Assembly: GCA_963837215.1 (NCBI GenBank)
Contig: CAWIML010000009.1
Span: forward strand, 295,058 to 359,057
Length of the DNA: 64,000 bases
Direction: 5' to 3'
Origin: an uncultured Chloroflexia bacterium
GTDB taxonomy: Bacteria; Chloroflexota; Limnocylindria; Limnocylindrales; CSP1-4
Both the position numbers and the translations under genes were made by a program. The notes under the pieces are model-generated. The model did not search any database. It saw only the letters and a program-made list of their open reading frames with translations, and was not told the DNA's origin. Of this stretch, positions 48,263 to 58,510 are shown piece by piece; the stretch's first letter is position 1, and each line of letters opens with the position of its first letter.

Positions 48263-49339
48263 ATGACGAAACGCATGCTGATCCTGGTCGGAACCAAGAA
48301 GGGCGGCTTCATCCTCGATGGTGACGAGGGCCGGCGCGATTGGTCGACACGAGGGCCGCTCAACGAAGGCTGGCCGATCCGACATCTCTCTGCGGATGCG
48401 CGGAACGCAACCCTCTACGCCGGCGGCGGCAGCGAGTGGTATGGGCCGGCAGTCTGGCGCAGCGACGACCTGGGGGCCAGCTGGACCCACTCGAGCCAGG
48501 GTCTGACCTATGGCGATGGTGGGCCGGCCATCGAGACGGTCTGGAACGTGACCACGGCCGGTGACACCCTCTATGCCGGCGTGGCCCCGGCCGGCCTCTT
48601 CCGGAGCGTCGACGGCGGCCGGACGTGGGAGCACGTCAAGGGCCTGACCGATCACCCCTCTCGTCCGACATGGCAGCCCGGCGCTGGTGGGTTGTGCCTC
48701 CACTCGATCGTGCCCCATCCGAGCGATCCGTCGAAGATGTGGATCGCCATCTCAGCCGTCGGCACGTTCGCAACGGAGGATGGCGGCGTGACCTGGGAAG
48801 CGCGCAACAGCGGCGTCCGCGCCGACTTCCTGCCCGACCCGTATCCCGTCACCGGTCAGTGCGTCCACAAGCTGGTCATGGCTTCCGGTCGGCCGGACCG
48901 CCTCTACCAGGAGAACCACTGCGGGACCTACCGCTCCGATGACGAGGGCCGGACGTGGGTCTCGCTCGAGGATGGGCTGCCCTCGACCTTCGGCTTCCCG
49001 ATGGTCACCCACCCGCGCGACGCTGAGACGGCCTACACCATCCCGCTCAACGGCGACAGCACCGGCCGCTATATGCCGGAGGGTCAGGCCGCGGTCTGGA
49101 AGACGACCGACGCTGGGGCGTCGTGGACCGACCTGCGCGCCGGCCTGCCACAGGAAGGCGCCTTCCTGACCGTCCTCCGCGAGGCGATGGCGGTCGACCC
49201 GCTGACGCCCCACGGCGTCTACTTCGGGACGACGAGCGGCGAGCTCTTCGGCAGCGACGACGAGGGTGGCACGTGGCGGACCATCGCCGAGCACCTGCCC
49301 TCGATCTCCTCGGTCGAGACGCTCGTCATCGACGCCTGA
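48263..49339 (+). CDS. BNR/Asp-box repeat protein (sialidase-fold beta-propeller).
   Basis: Five or more SxDxGxTW repeats (SDDLGASW, SVDGGRTW, TEDGGVTW, SDDEGRTW, TTDAGASW, SDDEGGTW). Confidence 0.75.
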   Translation: MTKRMLILVGTKKGGFILDGDEGRRDWSTRGPLNEGWPIRHLSADARNATLYAGGGSEWYGPAVWRSDDLGASWTHSSQGLTYGDGGPAIETVWNVTTAGDTLYAGVAPAGLFRSVDGGRTWEHVKGLTDHPSRPTWQPGAGGLCLHSIVPHPSDPSKMWIAISAVGTFATEDGGVTWEARNSGVRADFLPDPYPVTGQCVHKLVMASGRPDRLYQENHCGTYRSDDEGRTWVSLEDGLPSTFGFPMVTHPRDAETAYTIPLNGDSTGRYMPEGQAAVWKTTDAGASWTDLRAGLPQEGAFLTVLREAMAVDPLTPHGVYFGTTSGELFGSDDEGGTWRTIAEHLPSISSVETLVIDA

Positions 49340-49378
49340 CCGCTCGCCGAGCCGAGGCGGAGTGGTGCGCGTCGCACG

Positions 49379-49654
49379 ATGATCGAGGTCCGACTTCCGA
49401 GCTCGCTCGTGGCGCTCTTTCCCGGCACGGCGCGGCGTATGACGCGTCCGGATGCGTCCACCTTATTCGGCCTCATCGAAGCCCTGGACACCGACCACCC
49501 AGGCATGCGCGATCGCCTCTGCGAGCCGGGTCCGGTCCTCCGGGCGTACATCAACCTCTACGTCGACGGCGAGCCGGCCGAGCTGGACAGTCAGCTCCAC
49601 CCCGGCGCCACCGTCCACATCCTGCCGGCGGTCGCGGGCGGCTGGGGAGCCTAG
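49379..49654 (+). CDS. MoaD/ThiS-family ubiquitin-like sulfur-carrier protein with a Gly-Gly followed by a 3-aa extension (..AVAGG-WGA).
   Basis: The beta-grasp pattern and the conserved ...HILPAVAGG C-terminus; 91 aa. Confidence 0.7.
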   Translation: MIEVRLPSSLVALFPGTARRMTRPDASTLFGLIEALDTDHPGMRDRLCEPGPVLRAYINLYVDGEPAELDSQLHPGATVHILPAVAGGWGA

Positions 49655-50500
49655 CAACCCTCCTCGCCAGGGAGCAGTGGCCGGAACTTGAGCGCGTACG
49701 TGGCGCCACCGCTCGACCACTGGGTCGCCTGGTTGGCGCTGCTTGCGAGCGGTTCGAGGGTCGTCCAGTCCTCGCCGTCCACGACCGCACAACGCAGGCT
49801 CTCGACGCCCCCGATCGGCTCGCCGATGGTGGCCAGGTCGGCCAGCGGCCACTCGACGACGGTCGGCTCGCCCGTCGAGGGCTCAGCGTCCGCCGCGGAT
49901 GAGACCAGCACGCCAACCGCCGTCGGGGCGTAGACCGCGTCCTCGCCCACGATGTTGCTGGCCAGCGACGAGGCCGGGTCAGTGAGCATCGCCACGACTG
50001 CCTTCATGGCTGCACGCTCTTCCTGACTCTTGGGCGGGAAACGAGGATCGTCGTCGGCGATCTCGTCCAGCGACTCCACGATCGTCCGTCGTCGCTGCCC
50101 GTCGAGGAAGATGTCGAAGGCCGTGATCGTCGGGTCTGCCTCGGTCGGCATGCGAAGCTCTCGATCGGCGCCGACGAGGCCGGCGGCGGCCGCCTTTGCG
50201 AGGACGGCATCGACGCCGGCGCTGTCGAGGGTCGTGACCTGGAGGGAGGGGAGGGCTGGTGCTGGCTCGACGGTGATCTGCGGGGCCGGGCCGGATCACG
50301 CGGCCATCACCGTAGATGGTGCCGACCGGCAGCGCCGCCAATCGGACGCTGGCGTCGTCGCTCGTCTTGAGGCGCGAGATCCTGATGACCGGCTCGTCCG
50401 CTTCGGTCGGTCGTCCGCTCAGGTCCGGTGCCGAATCGCAGCCGACGACGACGAGCGTGGCCAACAGGGCCGCGGCCAGGGGGCTGAGCATCCGCCGCAT
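49651..50500 (-). CDS. Lipoprotein; one frame change at ~50275.
   Basis: MRRMLSPLAAALLATLVVVGC lipobox in ORF 49979..50518. The continuation APQITVEPAPALPSLQVTTLDSAGVDAVLAKAAAAGLVGADRELRMPTEADPTITAFDIF... is my own translation leading into ORF 49651..50151. Confidence 0.55.
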
Positions 50501-50558
50501 GCGGGGTTGATGACGCACGTGTTCCTCCGGTTAGGGTCAGTCGATCGGTCGGGTCATG

Positions 50559-51038
50559 TCAGGCCTGTTCAGTCGGGCTCGACGCCGCGGTATCGAGGTC
50601 GACGACGACATCAGGCGCGTCGTCGACGGCACCCGACTCGATGAGCGTAGCGGAGTCGATCGTCGCCGCGGACGGATCCACCTCGAGGTCATGGATGCGG
50701 TGGATGCCGAAGCTGACCTGCGGCGGGATGGTGGCGGTGACCACGATCTCTCCGATCCGATACGCCGATGATTTGCTCCGGAGCGAGACATTGGCCCTCT
50801 CCTGGAGTGCCGTCGCCTTGATGACGACGTCAGCCAGGATGCCCGGATCGATCCTCTCGATGGCGGTCACGAGTTGCCGTCGCGCCTGACCAGCCATCTC
50901 CTTGGCGCCCACTTGCGCCGAATCTGCCAAGACCTTGGCACGTTCCTTGGCGCCCGGCGCCTCGGCCTTGGCGCGCTCGGTCAGCTCGCGGCTGGCCTCC
51001 TCTGCAGCCTGCCGGGCTTTGTCGAAGAACGAGGTCAT
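50559..51038 (-). CDS. Hypothetical protein (Lys/Ala-rich helical N-terminus plus a conserved C-terminal domain).
   Basis: A GGAGGG RBS lies 6 nt upstream of the ATG at 51038 (MTSFFDKARQAAEE...); the upstream part of the listed ORF is not protein-like. Confidence 0.5.
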   Translation of the reverse strand: MTSFFDKARQAAEEASRELTERAKAEAPGAKERAKVLADSAQVGAKEMAGQARRQLVTAIERIDPGILADVVIKATALQERANVSLRSKSSAYRIGEIVVTATIPPQVSFGIHRIHDLEVDPSAATIDSATLIESGAVDDAPDVVVDLDTAASSPTEQA

Positions 51039-51153
51039 CGAGGCCCTCCGCTGCGTCGATCCCGCATCCGCTCGGGTCGGCATCCTAGCATCGGCGCGTG
51101 CCTTGTCGCCTGGGCGCGAAGCCGCGCTGCGCACGCATGGCACCATACCGGGC

Positions 51154-53217
51154 GTGACCTCCCGGTATCCCGTGGCCGTCGATGCCCATGTCCGCATCCG
51201 GATGGCCGACGGCGTCCAGCTCGCGGCGACCATCCACCGACCGGATGGACCGGCTGCCTTCCCGGCGCTCCTGGAGTCGGTCCCGTACCGCAAGGACGAC
51301 TGGCTCATCCCGGGCCATCTCCCGATGCACGCCGAGTTCGCGGCCCGAGGCTACGCCTCCGTCCTCGTGGACGTGCGCGGCACGGGCTCGTCGGAGGGGG
51401 TGGCCGAGGACGAATACACCGAGGCCGAGATCACGGACAACCTGGCCGTGCTGGCCTGGCTTCGCGAGCAGCCCTGGTGCGACGGCTCGCTGGGCATGTT
51501 CGGCATCAGCTGGGGCGGATTCGCTGCGCTGCAGGCCGCGATGCGCCGTCCGCCCGGGCTCAGGGCCATCATCCCGGTCGGCGCCACCCACGATCGCTAC
51601 GCACTGGATGTCCACTACATCGGCGGCACGCTGCACGTCAACGAATCGGTCACCTGGCCGGTCGAGATGGTGGCCGAGAACGCGCTGCCACCCGATCCCG
51701 AGCGATTCGGACCCGGCTGGCGCGACGAATGGCTGCGGCGGCTCGAGGCGACTCCGCAATGGACCCAGGCCTGGCTCCGACACCAACGCCGCGACGGATA
51801 CTGGCGCCACGGGTCCCCATTCGTGGATTACGCGGCGATCGAGGCGCCCGTCCTGGCCATCAACGGATTCAACGACGGCTACCGCGACTTCGTGCTCGAG
51901 CTGCTCGAGCACCTGGACGTGCCTCGGCGCGGGGTGCTTGGGCCGTGGGGCCACAGTTGGGCGCATGCCGGCTGGCCGGATCCTTCGATCGATGGCCTGG
52001 GCCTCATGGCTCGCTGGTGGGACCGGTGGCTGCGAGGCATCGACAACGGGGTCGATCGAGAGCCGATGCTGGCCGCCTACCTGGCCGAGCCGACGCCGGC
52101 GGTCGAGTACCCCGCGCGGATGCCCGGCAGATGGTGGTTCGCGAATGTCTGGCCGCCCGCGCCGGATCGGTCGTCGGACGCGGCAAGGACATGGCGGCTC
52201 GGGGGTGGCGAGGTCCTCGAGGCTCCGGCAACAAGCATCGACGGGCCCGCCTCGCCGCCGCGGCACGCGCGAGCCCCCGGCGATGACGGTCGCTCCAGCA
52301 CCTGGGCCGGCCCGCCATGGGTCGGGGTGACCGCGCCATTCTGGGCGGGGAGCGGTCCGCCCGAAGGGCTGCCGGTGGACCAGCGCCCGGATGAAGCCGT
52401 CTCGCTGTGCTGGACGTCCGAGCCGCTCGACGAGGATCTGGCGCTCCTCGGGGGGCCGGTCGCCGAGCTCTGGTTGAGTGCATCGGAGACCGTCGCGCAG
52501 GCCGCGGTCAAGGTCGCCGACGTGGCGCCGGACGGCACGTCGGCGCTCATCGCGCGCGGCGTCCTCAATCTGACTCGACGTGGCGGCCTCTCGACCGCTG
52601 AACCGATGCAGCCCGGCCGGGTCGAGCGGGTCGAGGTTCCGCTCCAGGTCTGCGGGACCATCGTGCCGGCCGGTCATCGGCTGCGGGTGGCGATCGCCGG
52701 CGCCGATTGGCCGCTGGCCTGGCCGCCGCCGCGGCCGACGACGCTGACGCTCCTCCATGACGACGCGCACCCCTCTGCGATCCGCCTGCCCGTCCAGCGC
52801 GACCTGTCCGTCGACGGCCCGGACCTCGGCGCGCCCGGGCCCCTATCGGCCTTGAGCGAGGCGCTTGCCGCCGCTGCCCCGACCTCGAGCGTCGTTCGTC
52901 AGCCAGAGGGCGGCTGGCGCCTGTCCCTCGACGCGGAGGATGCCTGGCAACTGCCCGGACGAGGCCTGACCTGGCGTTCGGATGAGCACCTGCGGATCAC
53001 GATCGGCGAAGAGGATCCGGCCTCCTGCCGCGCCGAAGGGCGCGCCGGCATCAGCCTGACGTACCGCGACGGCTCCCGCTTCACGACCGCGGGCCGCATC
53101 GTCCAGTCGTGCGACCCGGAGCGGATCCACCTGCACATCGAGCTGTCGGTCAAGGAGGGCGACGCCGTCGTGCACGAGCAGGCCTGGGACGAGTCGTTCG
53201 AGCGGGACCTCCTGTGA
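51154..53217 (+). CDS. CocE/NonD-family hydrolase (S15 X-Pro dipeptidyl-peptidase fold).
   Basis: An alpha/beta-hydrolase core with GISWGG nucleophile elbow and a C-terminal jelly-roll domain. The start is probably the GTG near 51154 (or the ATG at 51202). Confidence 0.8.
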   Translation: MTSRYPVAVDAHVRIRMADGVQLAATIHRPDGPAAFPALLESVPYRKDDWLIPGHLPMHAEFAARGYASVLVDVRGTGSSEGVAEDEYTEAEITDNLAVLAWLREQPWCDGSLGMFGISWGGFAALQAAMRRPPGLRAIIPVGATHDRYALDVHYIGGTLHVNESVTWPVEMVAENALPPDPERFGPGWRDEWLRRLEATPQWTQAWLRHQRRDGYWRHGSPFVDYAAIEAPVLAINGFNDGYRDFVLELLEHLDVPRRGVLGPWGHSWAHAGWPDPSIDGLGLMARWWDRWLRGIDNGVDREPMLAAYLAEPTPAVEYPARMPGRWWFANVWPPAPDRSSDAARTWRLGGGEVLEAPATSIDGPASPPRHARAPGDDGRSSTWAGPPWVGVTAPFWAGSGPPEGLPVDQRPDEAVSLCWTSEPLDEDLALLGGPVAELWLSASETVAQAAVKVADVAPDGTSALIARGVLNLTRRGGLSTAEPMQPGRVERVEVPLQVCGTIVPAGHRLRVAIAGADWPLAWPPPRPTTLTLLHDDAHPSAIRLPVQRDLSVDGPDLGAPGPLSALSEALAAAAPTSSVVRQPEGGWRLSLDAEDAWQLPGRGLTWRSDEHLRITIGEEDPASCRAEGRAGISLTYRDGSRFTTAGRIVQSCDPERIHLHIELSVKEGDAVVHEQAWDESFERDLL

Positions 53218-54410
53218 GCGGATCGACCAGGCCAAGCCCCACCCGCGACGAGTACGAGGCCATCGTCGTCGGCCTCGGGGGCATCGGCTCCGGGGCGGCC
53301 TACTGGCTGGCGCGTCGGTTCGGGGATCGAGTCCTGGGGCTCGAGCAGTTCGCCTTCGGCCACGTCAACGGCGCATCACAGGACCACAGCCGCATCATCC
53401 GGCTCTCCTACCACCGACCCCATTACGTCCGCCTGGCCGCCCAGGCCTACGAGGCCTGGGCGGCCGTCGAAGCGGAGTGGGGCAGGCCGCTCATCGTGCG
53501 CACCGGCGGACTCGATCTCTGGCCGGTCACGGCGACGGAGATCCCGATGGCCGACTACACCGGCGCCATGGAGGCCTGCGACGTGCCCTATGAGCGGCTC
53601 GACGCGGACGAGGTCATGCGTCGCTGGCCACAGTGGCGCCTCGATCCGGACACGGTCGCGCTCTATCAGGAAGCCGCCGGCATCGCGCCGCCGATGCTGG
53701 CAAACGACGCGCACCGGACGCTGGCGCGACGTCGTGGTGCCACGCTCCTCGACGAGATGCCGGTCACCGCGATGCGCTCGACCGGCGCGGGGGTGGAGGT
53801 CGATGCCGGTGGTCAGACGTTTCGGGGCCGCAAGGTCTTCGTCTGCGCCGATGCCTGGACGAACGACCTGATCGCCCCGCTGGGCACGACGCTGCCGCTG
53901 ACCATCACCAAGGAACAGGTCACCTACTGGGCATCGCCGCACCTGGCCGAATTCGCCCCCGAGCGTTTCCCGGTCTGGATCTGGATGGACGTGCCCAGCT
54001 TCTATGGCTTCCCAGCCTTCGGCGAGCCTGGACCCAAGGGCGCCCAGGACGTAGGCGGGCGACCGACCACGCCCGGCACTCGCGACTTCGCGCCTGACCC
54101 GGACGCCTTCGCCCGCCTGAGCGCCTTCATGGGCGAGCACCTGCCACACGCCCTCGGCCCGGTCCTCTACACCAAGACCTGTCTCTACACCATGCCCCCG
54201 GACCGGGACTTCGTGCTCGACGCCCTGCCGGGGCACCCGGACATCCACGTCGCGCTGGGGGCGGCGCACGGCTTCAAATTCGCCTCGCTCTTCGGGCGCA
54301 TCTTCAGCGAGCTCGCCGTCGAGGGTTCCACGAGCTCGGACCTCGAGCCGTTCCGGATCGACCGGCCGATCCTCCGCGAGCCGCATCCGCCCACCAGCTT
54401 CATGATCTAA
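53214..54410 (+). CDS. FAD-dependent N-methyl amino acid oxidase (monomeric sarcosine oxidase / N-methyltryptophan oxidase, SolA-like).
   Basis: GTG start overlapping the CocE stop (GTGA). Dinucleotide fold YEAIVVGLGGIGSGAAYWLARR and a DAO-family C-terminus with HGFKFA. Confidence 0.8.
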   Translation: MSGSTRPSPTRDEYEAIVVGLGGIGSGAAYWLARRFGDRVLGLEQFAFGHVNGASQDHSRIIRLSYHRPHYVRLAAQAYEAWAAVEAEWGRPLIVRTGGLDLWPVTATEIPMADYTGAMEACDVPYERLDADEVMRRWPQWRLDPDTVALYQEAAGIAPPMLANDAHRTLARRRGATLLDEMPVTAMRSTGAGVEVDAGGQTFRGRKVFVCADAWTNDLIAPLGTTLPLTITKEQVTYWASPHLAEFAPERFPVWIWMDVPSFYGFPAFGEPGPKGAQDVGGRPTTPGTRDFAPDPDAFARLSAFMGEHLPHALGPVLYTKTCLYTMPPDRDFVLDALPGHPDIHVALGAAHGFKFASLFGRIFSELAVEGSTSSDLEPFRIDRPILREPHPPTSFMI

Positions 54411-54510
54411 CGCAGCGCGTCCGGTGGACTCGGGCTACCTCGTTGCAAGGAACCCTGTAACGCTGCGGTTCGCGTGAGAATTCGCCACCGTTTCTTACGA
54501 ATCTCGCAGG

Positions 54511-54539
54511 TTGACCCATCCACGCCCGATGGGGATACT
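54511..54539 (+). promoter_or_regulatory. Candidate sigma70-type promoter (TTGACC, 17 nt, GATACT) with a ~100-nt leader before the peptide ABC operon.
   Basis: Hexamers read directly from the sequence; the surrounding ~120 nt are noticeably less GC-rich than the flanks. Confidence 0.3.
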
Positions 54540-54647
54540 GGACCGCGATAGAGATACCGAAAGGCGCTGCCGCCGCGGGTGAGCGGGCCGCGACCTGAGC
54601 GGAGCCGACGTGCCGCGCGCGGGCCGGCTGCTGTACGAGGAGGAACG

Positions 54648-56542
54648 ATGCTCACGTCCGCACGCGCCCGTCGCTGGCGTCCGGTCCTGATCCTGGCGTC
54701 GCTGGCCGCGATGCTGCTGCCGTCGGCGATCCCTGTCGCCGCCGCGGACCCGGTCATCCTCAAGATCGGGACCGTCCAGGATCTCGACTCGATGAACGCC
54801 TACGAGACCGAGTTCTTCATCGGCTATGAGATCTTCGGCCTCAACTACGACCTGCTCGTGGGCTACGGCCCGAACGCCGAGCCCGCCGCCGGCTTCACCG
54901 AGTCATGGATGCAGGACGGAACGAAGTGGACATTCAAGATCAACCCCGACCTCAAGTGGTCGGACGGCACGCCCGCAACGTCCGAGGACGCGCGCTGGAC
55001 GATCCAGAAGCTGCTCGACGGTCAGGCCGCGGATGGTTACGTGGGGGCCGGTTACCTCGACCCCTACCTGACGTACGCCGGCGTCACGGCCGTCTCCGCA
55101 CCAGACCCGCAGACGCTGGTCATCGAAACCGCGACACCGAATACGCAGATCCTGACCTCATACCTGCCCATCCTGCCCAAGCATGTCTGGGAGACCCGCG
55201 ACATCGGGACCGACGCGAACAAATCCCCGGTCGTCGGCTCCGGCGCCTACCAGACGGCGGAGTGGAAGCCCGGCGAGTACGTCCGTATGGTCCGCAACCC
55301 CCACTACTGGGGTCCGAAGGGATTCGCCGACGAGATCTTCTTCCAGTTCTTCAAAGACGAAGGCGCGATGGTCGAGGCCTTCAAGAACGGCGAGATCGAC
55401 TACGCCCGCAACGTGACCGCGGACCAGTACGAGCAGCTCAAGGGCCTGCCAGACATGGTGACCGTCGAGTCCGCGCTGGCGGCCGAGGCGAACGCCTTCA
55501 CGATGCTCAACTTCAACGGCTACAGCAAGCCCATCGAAGGTGGTGGCGCCTCGACGCTGGCGGTCCAGGATCCTGCCTTCCGCGATGCCCTTGGGTACGC
55601 CATCGACAAGCCGGCACTCGTTGACAAGGTCCTCGGCGGCCACGGGCTCGTCGGCACGACGCACATCCCGCCGGCCATGGCCGGAGGTTTCTGGCACTAC
55701 GAGCCCCAGAACCAGCGGACCTTCGACATCGAGGTCGCCAAGCAAAAGCTCACGGACGCCGGCTACAAGCTCGACGCGAATGGCAAGCGCCTCGACAAGG
55801 AGGGCAAGCCGATCGACCTCAAGATGGTCGTGCCGGACAGCTCCACGAGCTATGCGCAGAGCGCCGAGTTCATCGCCGGCTGGTGGAGTGAACTGGGCAT
55901 CGATGTCACGACCCGGCCTACGACGGGGACACGGTGACCGCCATCGAGTCGCCACCCGAAGCCGACCCGCCCGGCAAGGCCGACTTCGACGTCGGCGTCT
56001 GGAACTGGGGCGGCGACGTCGACCCGAACTCGCTGCTCAACATCCTGACCACCGACTACATCCCCGCCGGCAGCGACACGTTCTTCTCCAACCCGCGCTA
56101 CGACGAGCTGATGATGCTTCAGGGAGCCGAGCCCGATCCGGCCAAGCGCAAGGTCCTGACTGACGAGATGCAGCAGATCATGTACGACGAGGCGCCGTAC
56201 CACGTGCTCTTCTATGACGCGGCCTTGCATGCCTATCGGACGGACAAATTCGGTGGCTGGACCTTGCAACCCGAGGAAGGGGGGCTCCCCTTCTTCGGCT
56301 TCGGTAACCGCAACTACAACTTGTTGACCGCACCCGAACCGGAGGCCACGCCCGCCCCGTCCGACGCCGCTGTTTCGCCGGGTGCCTCGGCGGCGCCGTC
56401 GCCAGGGACAGACGCCGGCACCGGAAGCAGCGACAACACCCCCCTCGTCCTTGGTGGCGCCGCGATCCTGATCTTGATCGGGATCGTCGCCGTGGTGCTC
56501 ATGCGCCGACGCGGCGCGAAGGGCGACGAAGAAGAGGCGTGA
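54648..56542 (+). CDS. ABC transporter substrate-binding protein, family 5 (peptide/nickel, DppA/OppA-like) with a C-terminal TM anchor; one frame change at ~55930.
   Basis: A GAGGAGGAA RBS precedes the ATG at 54648. Signal peptide, SBP_bac_5 body, then ORF 55934..56542 carries the tail ending in LVLGGAAILILIGIVAVVLMRRRG. Confidence 0.8.
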
Positions 56543-56590
56543 TCCAGGCCTGGCTCCGGCGGGTCGACCCGACGGCCTCAGGCTGACGAC

Positions 56591-57563
56591 ATGCGCTCCG
56601 GCTACCTCGGTCGCCGAGTCCTGCAGGCGATCGCCACGATCGTGGCGATCGTGCTGCTCAACTTCGTCCTCTTCCGGATGATGCCCGGGCTCGCCCGACC
56701 GCATGTCGCGCAACCCGAACGCGAGTCCGGAGGCCCAGGCCGCCATCCGGGAGCGCTTCGGACTCGACAAACCACTCTTCCCCGACCAGTTCGTGGACTA
56801 CGTGGCGGCGACGGTGCAGGGCGATTTCGGCGAGTCGTTCAAGTATCGCAACCAGCCCGTCGCGGAGGTCATCGGTGGGCGGATCCTGCCCACGCTCGTC
56901 CTCTTCGGCCTCGGCGAGCTGATCGCCATCGCGGTCGGCTTCACCCTCGGCGCATACAGCGGATGGCGACGTGGTGGGCCGGTCGACTATGCCGGCAACG
57001 GCATCTCGCTGGTCCTCTACTCGGTGCCTTACTTCCTGCTGGGCATGATCCTGCTCATCATCTTCGCCACGAACCTGGGCTGGTTCCCGACGTCGGGCAT
57101 GACCACCCTGGGGGCTACCTACGACTCCTGGGTCGAGCAGGCCGGCGACTTCCTGAGCCACCTCGTCCTGCCGCTGGCGGCCGTCAGCCTGGGGTTGATC
57201 GGGCAGTACTCGATCCTCATGCGCTCATCGATCATCGACACCCGCGGCGAGGACTACGTCCAGACCGCGAAGGCCAAGGGGCTCAAGGAGTCGAAGGTCC
57301 TGCGGTCGCACGCGGTTCCCAATGCGCTCCTCCCGACGATCTCGCTGGTGGGCATCAACATCGGTTTCATCGTCGCCGGCGCCATCACCGTCGAGGTCGT
57401 CTTCAATTGGCCCGGGCTCGGCACACTCACGCAGGAGGCGCTACAGGCACGTGACTACCCGGTCCTGCAGGGCATCTTCCTGATCCTGGCCGTCTCGGTC
57501 GTCGCCGCCAACCTCCTGGCCGACTTCGCCTACGGCTTCCTCGATCCGCGGGTCAAGTTGTGA
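56591..57563 (+). CDS. ABC transporter permease (DppB/OppB-like); one frame change at ~56695.
   Basis: The N-terminus MRSGYLGRRVLQAIATIVAIVLLNFVLFRMMPG is in ORF 56591..57454. The remainder, including the EAA-like loop (KAKGLKESKVLRSHAVPNALLPTISLVG), is in ORF 56703..57563. Confidence 0.8.
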
Positions 57564-58510
57564 CCGTCGGCCAGGCAGTGGTCACAGCCCGGCGCCGTAG
57601 CCGATGGTCGCTTCGGGTGGCTGGCTGGAAGTCATTCGGTCGTCGTTTCCTGGGCCGGCCGGAGGGCGTCATCGGCCTTGTCATCATCGGCTTCTTCGCC
57701 ATCCTGGCCATCGCGCCGGCGCTCTTCGTGGGTCCGCTCGAGACGGCCACCACGGCCACCGGAGGGCGCCTCGAGCCCCCGAGTGCGGAGCACATCCTGG
57801 GCACCGACACGCTCGGGCGCGACGTCCTCAACCAGACCGTCCACGGCGCCCGGATCTCGATGCTCATCGGGCTCCTGGCGACGCTCGTGACGGTCGTCGT
57901 CGGCGTCCTGCTGGGGATCGTCTCGGGCTTCGTCGGTGGCCGGACCGATACCGCGATCATGCGCGTGACCGACTTCTTCCTCGTCCTGCCGACCTTCGTC
58001 CTGGCCCTCATCCTGGCGCCCATCGTGCTCGACGTGATCGGTGACAACACCGAGATCGCAGGCATCCGCACGACGCTCCTGGTCATCGTCATCGTCATCG
58101 GCATCACGAGCTGGGCGACGACGGCGCGCATCATCCGGTCACAGACGCTCTCGGTCAAAGAGCGCGCGTTCATCGATCGGGCACGGGTCATCGGGGCCAG
58201 TGGCTGGCACACCATGCGCGTGCACATCCTGCCCAACGTGATGGGCCTCATCGTGGCCAATGCCGTGCTCATCTTCGCGGGCGCCATCCTGACCGAGACG
58301 ACCCTCGCATTCATCGGCCTCGGCGACCCGTTCGCGCCGTCCTGGGGGCAGATCCTGGGAGGGGCCCAGGAAGCAGGCGCGCCCGGCCTCGGCGCCTGGT
58401 GGTGGTACATGTCGCCTGGCGTCTGCATCGTGCTCGTCGTCCTGGCCTTCACGCTCATCGGCGGGGCACTCGATGACCTGCTCAACCCGAAGGCTCGCGG
58501 TCGGCGATGA
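57560..58510 (+). CDS. ABC transporter permease (DppC/OppC-like).
   Basis: GTGA overlap with the upstream gene. Six TM helices and an EAA loop (RARVIGASGWHTMRVHILPNVMGLIV). Confidence 0.85.
   Translation: MTVGQAVVTARRRSRWSLRVAGWKSFGRRFLGRPEGVIGLVIIGFFAILAIAPALFVGPLETATTATGGRLEPPSAEHILGTDTLGRDVLNQTVHGARISMLIGLLATLVTVVVGVLLGIVSGFVGGRTDTAIMRVTDFFLVLPTFVLALILAPIVLDVIGDNTEIAGIRTTLLVIVIVIGITSWATTARIIRSQTLSVKERAFIDRARVIGASGWHTMRVHILPNVMGLIVANAVLIFAGAILTETTLAFIGLGDPFAPSWGQILGGAQEAGAPGLGAWWWYMSPGVCIVLVVLAFTLIGGALDDLLNPKARGRR

Noticed and set aside
53376-54386. 336-aa minus-strand ORF.
   Set aside because: Antisense to the sarcosine-oxidase-like gene, which has clear FAD-binding and DAO motifs.
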